DNA of 13,620 nucleotides, from NCBI GenBank assembly GCA_049599475.1, contig JBMYOQ010000098.1:1-13620 (forward strand), written 5' to 3'. Below are positions 7,448 through 13,620 of the stretch, in pieces. The notes beneath the pieces are model-generated. The model had not been told where the DNA came from. It was given only the letters and a program-made list of their open reading frames with translations, and did not search any database. Numbering within the stretch: position 1 is the first letter of the stretch; each line of letters starts with the position of its first letter. This stretch comes from Opitutales bacterium. Its GTDB lineage: Bacteria; Verrucomicrobiota; Verrucomicrobiia; Opitutales; JABSRG01. The position numbers and the translations under genes were made by a program.

Positions 7448-7562
7448 CCCCCCACTTAATTCTTGTTGCCGGGTTAGAAAACAATGAGCGCGTATCCAGA
7501 AGTCAAATGAGCCAACGCGCTTTAAAGTTTCACAAACTCCGGCGGTATGCTACGGCTCTGAA

Positions 7563-8360
7563 ATGAAAATTGGATTTATCGGGGCTGGCCGAATGGCCAA
7601 AGCCATTGCCAAAGGTCTGCTCGCAAAGGGATTCGAAGCAGACGAGGTCGGATGCGTCAGCGGGAGCGGCTCGAGTGCGCGAGCTCTCTCGGAAGAGACG
7701 GGCGTGCGTTTTTATGAGGACGTCGAATCCCTCGCCAAAGACGCCTCAATTTGGGTGCTCGCCCTAAAACCCTTTCAACTGGATGACTTGCCTGAATCAT
7801 TAGTAAAGCTCTCTGATGGCAAATTGATCCTTTCGGTGCTCGCCGGAGTGAAATTGGAAAAGCTCAAACTCAAGTTTCCTAATGCCCGCAACTGGGTCCG
7901 CACAATGCCGAACACACCCTCACAGATTGGGGCAGGTGTCACCGGACTCAGCTTTGCAAACCATCCCTCCGCGGAAGATGCGTCCATCGTGGACAAAATG
8001 CTGAGCGCGGTGGGCCGCACGGTAGAAATCCCAGAAGCTCAGATGGACGCACTCACCGCGGTATCGGGGAGCGGGGTGGCATACGTCTTCGAATGGGCGG
8101 CCGGTATGATGGAAGCGGCGGTATCCTTGGGACTCTCGCCCGAAGATGCCAAAATCTTGACCCTCGACACCTTCTCAGGAGCATCAGCCCTCATGCAAGC
8201 CCAGTCCGAAATCCACCCCGAGGCCCTGCGCGATGCCGTTGTATCGAAGGGAGGAACCACTGAGGCGGCTTTATCTGTTTTCGAAGCCAACAAGACACGC
8301 ACCATCATCGCCGATGCAATGACCGCTGCAGCCGAGCGCTCTAAAGAATTATCTAAATAG
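7563..8360 (+). CDS. proC: Pyrroline-5-carboxylate reductase
   Basis: KIGFIGAGRMA, LALKP, LSVLAGV, VRTMPNTP, TAVSGSG, VVSKGGTT; 265 aa. Confidence 0.97.
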   Translation: MKIGFIGAGRMAKAIAKGLLAKGFEADEVGCVSGSGSSARALSEETGVRFYEDVESLAKDASIWVLALKPFQLDDLPESLVKLSDGKLILSVLAGVKLEKLKLKFPNARNWVRTMPNTPSQIGAGVTGLSFANHPSAEDASIVDKMLSAVGRTVEIPEAQMDALTAVSGSGVAYVFEWAAGMMEAAVSLGLSPEDAKILTLDTFSGASALMQAQSEIHPEALRDAVVSKGGTTEAALSVFEANKTRTIIADAMTAAAERSKELSK

Positions 8361-8365
8361 ACCCC

Positions 8366-8839
8366 ATGGATAAACTACAACTTTGGGATCAACTCATTGA
8401 GCATACCGAACAGGAACTCGCACAAGTCGAGCGCGCAGCTCGGGATGCCGCGGAGTATGCGACAGACGACGAAGCCAAGGCTGAGAGCAAGTGGGACACA
8501 CAGGGCCTGGAAGCCTCCTACCTGGCAGCAGGCCAAGCTAAGAAGGTTGGTGAGTTTCGCGAGGCTTTGTCCAAGCTTCAAGCCATGCGCACACAGATAA
8601 ACCAACACTTCAATACCGTAAGGGAGGGAAGCTTGGTAACCCTGAACTGGGCCGACGAGACCAACTTTTATCTCATCGTGCCGGCAGCCGGTGGAGCGGA
8701 GCTCAAACAAGACGATGGCACTGAAGTCTGGACACTCACACCGCCCACCCCCCTAGGCCAGCGACTCATCGGTAAATCCGCATCGAGTTCGATCCGGATG
8801 CCAAACGGTACCAATGCCGAGATCATCTCCATTCAATGA
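8366..8839 (+). CDS. GreA/GreB-family (Gre-like) protein
   Basis: N-terminal coiled coil with acidic tip AESKWDTQGLEASYLAAGQ; C-terminal Gre-type domain (GSLVTL...TPPTPLGQRLIGK...IISIQ); 157 aa. Confidence 0.75.
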   Translation: MDKLQLWDQLIEHTEQELAQVERAARDAAEYATDDEAKAESKWDTQGLEASYLAAGQAKKVGEFREALSKLQAMRTQINQHFNTVREGSLVTLNWADETNFYLIVPAAGGAELKQDDGTEVWTLTPPTPLGQRLIGKSASSSIRMPNGTNAEIISIQ

Positions 8840-9603
8840 GCCGTTGGATTTGCAAGGTAGCTTACGACGGGACAGATTTTGACGGCTGGCAGAGTCAACC
8901 CTCAGGAAACGCCATTCAAGATCATCTCGAGAGACGCTTGAGTGAATTGCTCAAACATCCTGTCGGCATCCAGGGCAGCGGACGCACAGACGCCGGTGTC
9001 CACGCTCGCGCCCAAGTCTTCCATACTGATATAGACTGGGATCACGGGGCGGACGCCTTGAAACGCGCCGTCAATACCGGTCTGCCTCTGAGCATTCGCC
9101 TATTGGACTGTCAGAAAACTGCAAAAGACACCGATTTCCACGCGCGATTTTCAGCGACTGGCAAGCGCTATACCTATCACATCTGTTTCGGAGAGGCCTC
9201 GCCATTCGAGATCCGATACATCACTCCGCTGCACACACCGCGTTTCTCAATGGGTGCTATGCTCGAGGCGACCACTATTTTTAAAGGCACGCACGACTTC
9301 GCAAGTTTCGCAGCCCGCCGTGAAGCGGGAGTACCTGTCACCGACGCCGTCCGCACCATTTCTAAAATCGAGTGGCATGAAGATTCTAAGAACCGGTGGA
9401 CCCTACGCGTCGATGGTGATGGATTCCTCTACAAAATGGTGCGCAGCATCGCGGGCACCCTTCTTCAAGTGGGGCAAAATCGCCTCCAACCCAGCGACAT
9501 ACAACGCATACTTTCCGGAGGTGAACGCACTCACGAAGTGAACACAGCGCCCGCCAAAGGCCTTTTTCTCGATCAAGTCTTTTACCCGGAGGACCATCGA
9601 TAA
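8836..9603 (+). CDS. truA: tRNA pseudouridine(38-40) synthase
   Basis: VAYDGTDFDGWQSQ, GSGRTDAGVHA with the catalytic Asp, FHARFSA, GTHDFASF, GFLYKMVR, TAPAKGLFL. Confidence 0.98.
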   Translation: MSRWICKVAYDGTDFDGWQSQPSGNAIQDHLERRLSELLKHPVGIQGSGRTDAGVHARAQVFHTDIDWDHGADALKRAVNTGLPLSIRLLDCQKTAKDTDFHARFSATGKRYTYHICFGEASPFEIRYITPLHTPRFSMGAMLEATTIFKGTHDFASFAARREAGVPVTDAVRTISKIEWHEDSKNRWTLRVDGDGFLYKMVRSIAGTLLQVGQNRLQPSDIQRILSGGERTHEVNTAPAKGLFLDQVFYPEDHR

Positions 9604-9605
9604 TC

Positions 9606-10544
9606 ATGCAAAACGATCCGGCATCGCGCTCCTTGAGCGGCCTCTATGCCCTCGCCTTCACATACCTGGGTGCGCTGGGGTTTGCTGCAATCCTCTCTCC
9701 CTGGATCTACAATAGTATCCAAGATTGGCACACACAGAGTCCTAATAGGTTGACTGAGGAAATCGCGGACAACGGGTTCGACGACTACTTTGATCGCGTT
9801 CGCTGGCTCTGGGTTTTGATCTGCCTGCCATGGCTCATCAAAAGATTACAGCTCAAAGGTTGGGCTGCCAATGGATTCGCTTGGAAACGAGAAGACTACA
9901 AAGCTGCCGGTGCTTACTTTCTAAGCGGTATGGCCATTCTACTGGCGGTTGCGGCGATTCGCCTAATAACTGCAGAGTTCACGATCGAGGAAAACCTGTC
10001 CGACGAACTCTTCGAGATACTGATGAAGGCGCTCCTCGGGGCGCTTTTGGTGTCATTCCTAGAAGAATACGTATTTCGTAGCCTCATATGGAAGGCGTTT
10101 GCGATGTGGCGCCCCCTCCTCGGCGGTATCGTGTTCGCAAGTATCTTCTTCTCTTATACTCACTATAAAATGCCCGACGAGCTATGGAATGCCTACGAAG
10201 GGCCGGTGGGCCTACAGGCCGGACTATACGTAGCGTGGGGCACCATGATCGGCGTTTTCTATGATGCCAGTTTGCTCGATTTCATCAATCTGTTCTTGCT
10301 CGGAGTATGGCTGAGTATGCTTAGAACTAGGACGAATAATCTTGCTCGCAGTATGGGGTTGCATGCTGGCATTGTTTTTGCACTCCTGACTTACGTTGAT
10401 ATGTTAGATGTTGTTAATACGCCGTTTAGAATCGTGTTTGGCGGGCCTGGCCTGCGCGATGGAATTGTAACTTTTTTAATATTTTCTGCAGGAATCTTCA
10501 TTGAACGCAGAAAGCTCCGATATATTGCATCGTCTCATTCTTAG
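9606..10544 (+). CDS. CPBP (type II CAAX/Abi) family intramembrane glutamic protease
   Basis: Multi-pass membrane protein with EExxFR (LEEYVFR), FxxxH (FSYTH) and a third His motif (MGLHAG). Confidence 0.88.
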   Translation: MQNDPASRSLSGLYALAFTYLGALGFAAILSPWIYNSIQDWHTQSPNRLTEEIADNGFDDYFDRVRWLWVLICLPWLIKRLQLKGWAANGFAWKREDYKAAGAYFLSGMAILLAVAAIRLITAEFTIEENLSDELFEILMKALLGALLVSFLEEYVFRSLIWKAFAMWRPLLGGIVFASIFFSYTHYKMPDELWNAYEGPVGLQAGLYVAWGTMIGVFYDASLLDFINLFLLGVWLSMLRTRTNNLARSMGLHAGIVFALLTYVDMLDVVNTPFRIVFGGPGLRDGIVTFLIFSAGIFIERRKLRYIASSHS

Positions 10545-10565
10545 ACAAACCTCACATCCTGCCCG

Positions 10566-11309
10566 ATGCGTGTATCCGAACTAAGCCGAAATGTGGTCTC
10601 ACATCTGTTGGACCTCGTATACCCCAGAAATTGCGTCTGGTGCGAACGTGCTGTTGAAGCCACGTCGCCCTATCGCTACCTGAGCCTGGAGGCCGCCCAA
10701 CAATTGCAACCAATTGTCGAGCCTCGTTGCAGCCGGTGCGGGGCAACCTTTTATGGAGAGACCGAGAGCAAACATGGCTGCGGCGCATGCGAAAATGAAG
10801 CCTTTCATTTCGATCAAGTGCGGTGTGCCTATCGATATACTGGTCCAGCGCGCTCAATGGTGAAAGCCCTCAAATACATGGACGGTGTCTATATGAAGGA
10901 CGACATCCGCCTAGCGATTCGCAACGCGCCAGACTTCCTAAGCTTCTTCGAAGGCGCCGTCTGCGTACCCGTCCCAATCACTGATAAAAAACGAGAGCAA
11001 CGCGGATACAATCAAGCGGAACTGATCGTCGATTGCATCATGCAACACAAAGTCGAGAAGAGCTCGGCTCAAGAGGCTTTGATCCGCACCAAAGATCAAG
11101 ACACTCAGACTTTCCTTTCAAAGACGGACCGACGACGCAACGTCGCCCGTTCATTTGCGATTAACCCCAATGTGATCATCGACCCCGATACGCGTTACGT
11201 GATTGTCGATGATGTCTTCACGACCGGGGCCACCGCCAGTGCCTGCGCCGCTACATTGAAAGCGGCCGGAGCCCTGCGCGTCGATGTAGCGACATTCTCT
11301 CGAGGATAG
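10566..11309 (+). CDS. comF: ComF-family protein (zinc ribbon plus phosphoribosyltransferase domain)
   Basis: CVWC, CSRC and CGAC motifs, VPVP, RGYNQAE, and the PRPP-binding loop VIVDDVFTTGAT. Confidence 0.92.
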   Translation: MRVSELSRNVVSHLLDLVYPRNCVWCERAVEATSPYRYLSLEAAQQLQPIVEPRCSRCGATFYGETESKHGCGACENEAFHFDQVRCAYRYTGPARSMVKALKYMDGVYMKDDIRLAIRNAPDFLSFFEGAVCVPVPITDKKREQRGYNQAELIVDCIMQHKVEKSSAQEALIRTKDQDTQTFLSKTDRRRNVARSFAINPNVIIDPDTRYVIVDDVFTTGATASACAATLKAAGALRVDVATFSRG

Positions 11310-11311
11310 GC

Positions 11312-13609
11312 TTACTTAACCAGGTCTGAGATTTTCGTCACGACACTCTCAAGAAACTGCTTTTTCCGGCTTCCGGGTAGCGACGTCATCATACTGGAGA
11401 TATAGACGATTTTACCCGGCCCCAAGTCCCCACCAGGCGTCACTATCGCCGCAGCGTCTCCCAGATACTCACCAGAAGCTGAGTTCACCTTTGCCAAGGA
11501 AATATACTGCTCCGCATCCGTGTAGTCGCTCGCGCTCATGAGACGCGAAGCGGGAGTCTTACCACTCAGGTTGCGCCAGGTCCAATTCGCAATGCGCCCG
11601 CCCAACAACTCTTGGAACTCGACTGTGCAGTCGCTGGATGCCCGTTGCGAAGATAGCCGGAATCCAAACTTCCTGGCATCTTCACCCCTTCTCGGCTGCT
11701 GCAAGGGATTCCGCGCGTCGGACATGACCAACAAGACCGTCCCCTTCTGGAGACACTTCTTTACAAACTCATTGACCTGCTCACGCGGCACATCGCCCGT
11801 CGTGTAGAGATCCCTCTGTTGGGCCATCACTAAGACATACTTATTGGGCTGGATTCCCACGATGTCTGACCATGGGCGAAAATACATATTAAGAGCCGAA
11901 GATACATTATTCAGCGATAGCGCCCATTTACCGTAGTCTTCACTATCGCAGATCACCGGTACTCGCCGAAAGACCTCACGCCATTGCTCAGTAACATCCT
12001 CGGAGAAGAATTCCGTATCTTGGTAATACTCCAACGCGGTCAGCGGAACATAGGTATCCGGCTCAGGCACCACATCCGGAAAGGAGACGGGGTTACCTGC
12101 AATCATTTCTCCAATCAAACCCGTGAGCCTAAGATAGTGATCACTTGGATAGCCTTCATAGGTCGCAAACCTTCCAACTGGCGGTTGATTTGAAACCTTA
12201 AAAATCGCCGTACCTTCGTCGACCTCATCAAACATTGCGACGTAGGCCATATTAATCCCGTATTCCTTCACTAGCTCTCCCTGAGTCCACAGGAATTTAC
12301 CTCCCAAACGCGGGATCGAATTGAGCTCTTCCTGCTTTAAATTTGCCCAGCTAAATCCAGGGAAAATTACCGGATAGTAGTCCAGATCGTTGGCTTTCGT
12401 AATCGCTAAATCTCCCGGGACTCTCTCCTGGAAGAACGCGCGCGCTCCCTCGGGCGAACGGTATCTACCCGGAGTCCACGGGCTCACGATGGTCACATAC
12501 TTTTTTAGCAGCTCCATGCGCTCATCGTCCCACTGCGCCCAATTGTTGTCGGGCACTCCCACCATAATGGTGCAGCCACCATTAGCAGGGTCTTTGAAAA
12601 ATTTAAAAAGCTTTTCCGCAGCGACCGGATCCCATGGACGAAATTTATCCGCATAGCCCCAGAAGGTCACAATCGGCCCGCCGCGGTGACGCATGTACGC
12701 CGGCGTCTCCGTAATCTTCATCTTGTGGTAGAGGTTTTTCCAATCCTCGATCATTCCATCAATCGTGGCTGCATTGAAGGAAACGTCATACATGACTGCG
12801 AATAGTCGCCCGTATCGATTGGCCCCTTCACGCACGTGAGACAGCACCTGGAGATCGTCCGCAGAGGCATAGTATTCTCCCTTTTTATTAACGAAGCGCG
12901 CACCAAATCGCTGCTTGAATACACCATGTATATTATGCTCGCGCATCCATTTGAAATGGCGAACCACCGTTTTCTTGTTGCGCGAGCTAAACACGTGGGC
13001 CGGGGACCCATCCTCATATTTATAATTCGTAAGGTATTTTTCGTCCTCATCCAGCTCACTCATGTCCGGCCACATATCCACCGTGCAGCGCGGAGGGTCG
13101 TCCAAAATTCTTCCCCAGTGGCGCTCACCAAAATTGTAGCCGTCATCTGGATGCCCAAACCACCCCTGATACCCAGACATGATCTTGTTGTAGATTGTCT
13201 CATTCTCCTGATCCACGACAATCGGGCCTTCATACGGCTGAAGGATATCATCCAAGGTTAGAATCTTATTCTCGATATCATCATATTCAGGGATGGGTCC
13301 ACCCATCGCATAAAGAACATCATCTCGAGCTCTTGAGGCGGGGGCCAAGTCAGGCTCCGGGGTATCATTCACCACAGGCTCAACCGCTACAATCGCCCCG
13401 GCCTCCCCTGGAGTCTCCACGACCTTAACCGACTCCGTTGCGGAGTCACTAGATCCTCCAAAGTATAAAACGACCACGCCTCCACCGACACCACCAAAGA
13501 TAAACAGAACCGCCAGAACTGCGACCAAGGCATTGCCGCTCAGCCGTGAAACAGGCAAACATGGACGCTTAAAAGGAAACAAATTTGGGGAGAATACTGG
13601 ACGCTTCAT
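11312..13609 (-). CDS. Membrane-anchored GH99/GH71-like glycoside hydrolase with an extra C-terminal domain
   Basis: Motifs GYQGWF, WPDMSE, HFKWMREHNIHGVFKQRF, MYDVS, SPWTPGR, PVIFPGFSWANL, IPRLGG and YVAMFDEVDEGTAIFK (ExxE acidic pair). N-terminal hydrophobic segment at about aa 26-50. Confidence 0.85.
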   Translation of the reverse strand: MKRPVFSPNLFPFKRPCLPVSRLSGNALVAVLAVLFIFGGVGGGVVVLYFGGSSDSATESVKVVETPGEAGAIVAVEPVVNDTPEPDLAPASRARDDVLYAMGGPIPEYDDIENKILTLDDILQPYEGPIVVDQENETIYNKIMSGYQGWFGHPDDGYNFGERHWGRILDDPPRCTVDMWPDMSELDEDEKYLTNYKYEDGSPAHVFSSRNKKTVVRHFKWMREHNIHGVFKQRFGARFVNKKGEYYASADDLQVLSHVREGANRYGRLFAVMYDVSFNAATIDGMIEDWKNLYHKMKITETPAYMRHRGGPIVTFWGYADKFRPWDPVAAEKLFKFFKDPANGGCTIMVGVPDNNWAQWDDERMELLKKYVTIVSPWTPGRYRSPEGARAFFQERVPGDLAITKANDLDYYPVIFPGFSWANLKQEELNSIPRLGGKFLWTQGELVKEYGINMAYVAMFDEVDEGTAIFKVSNQPPVGRFATYEGYPSDHYLRLTGLIGEMIAGNPVSFPDVVPEPDTYVPLTALEYYQDTEFFSEDVTEQWREVFRRVPVICDSEDYGKWALSLNNVSSALNMYFRPWSDIVGIQPNKYVLVMAQQRDLYTTGDVPREQVNEFVKKCLQKGTVLLVMSDARNPLQQPRRGEDARKFGFRLSSQRASSDCTVEFQELLGGRIANWTWRNLSGKTPASRLMSASDYTDAEQYISLAKVNSASGEYLGDAAAIVTPGGDLGPGKIVYISSMMTSLPGSRKKQFLESVVTKISDLVK

Positions 13610-13620
13610 AAAAGATTATA

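Noticed and set aside
3266..7562. Metal module as a genomic island integrated at tRNA-Leu
   Set aside because: No integrase, and I found no duplicate of the tRNA-Leu 3' end in the 7401-7562 intergenic region. Older horizontal transfer is not excluded.
9606..10544. 'Abi' CAAX protease as a phage-defence or bacteriocin-immunity system
   Set aside because: The family name is historical, and the gene sits in a housekeeping operon with no bacteriocin or defence partners.
1802..13428. Remaining short ORFs (60-141 aa) in the six-frame track
   Set aside because: They overlap well-supported longer genes in other frames or on the other strand and show no recognisable motifs.

Overview
A 13.6-kb bacterial chromosomal segment; gene style suggests Verrucomicrobiota/Opitutales (inference, not verified). 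From left to right it holds: a structured non-coding element ending in a tRNA-Pro-like 3' end; tRNA-Asp(GTC) with promoter and terminator; an isochorismatase-family hydrolase; a 596-aa unknown protein with disordered ends; tRNA-Leu(GAG); and a metal-homeostasis module. In that module a Fur/Zur-family regulator sits tail-to-tail with a three-gene operon: a flavin oxidoreductase with a CCxxCxC tail, a FeoB-like permease with no GTPase domain, and a COG0523 GTPase. Two tandem 9-1-9 Fur-type boxes precede the operon. Then come a proC / Gre-like / truA / CPBP protease / comF operon and a convergent membrane-anchored GH99/GH71-like hydrolase. The best candidate for an under-described system is the metal module, which may be a 'split' FeoB-like transporter served by a separate COG0523 GTPase and a Cys-tailed flavoreductase. 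No integrase, transposase or CRISPR array is seen.
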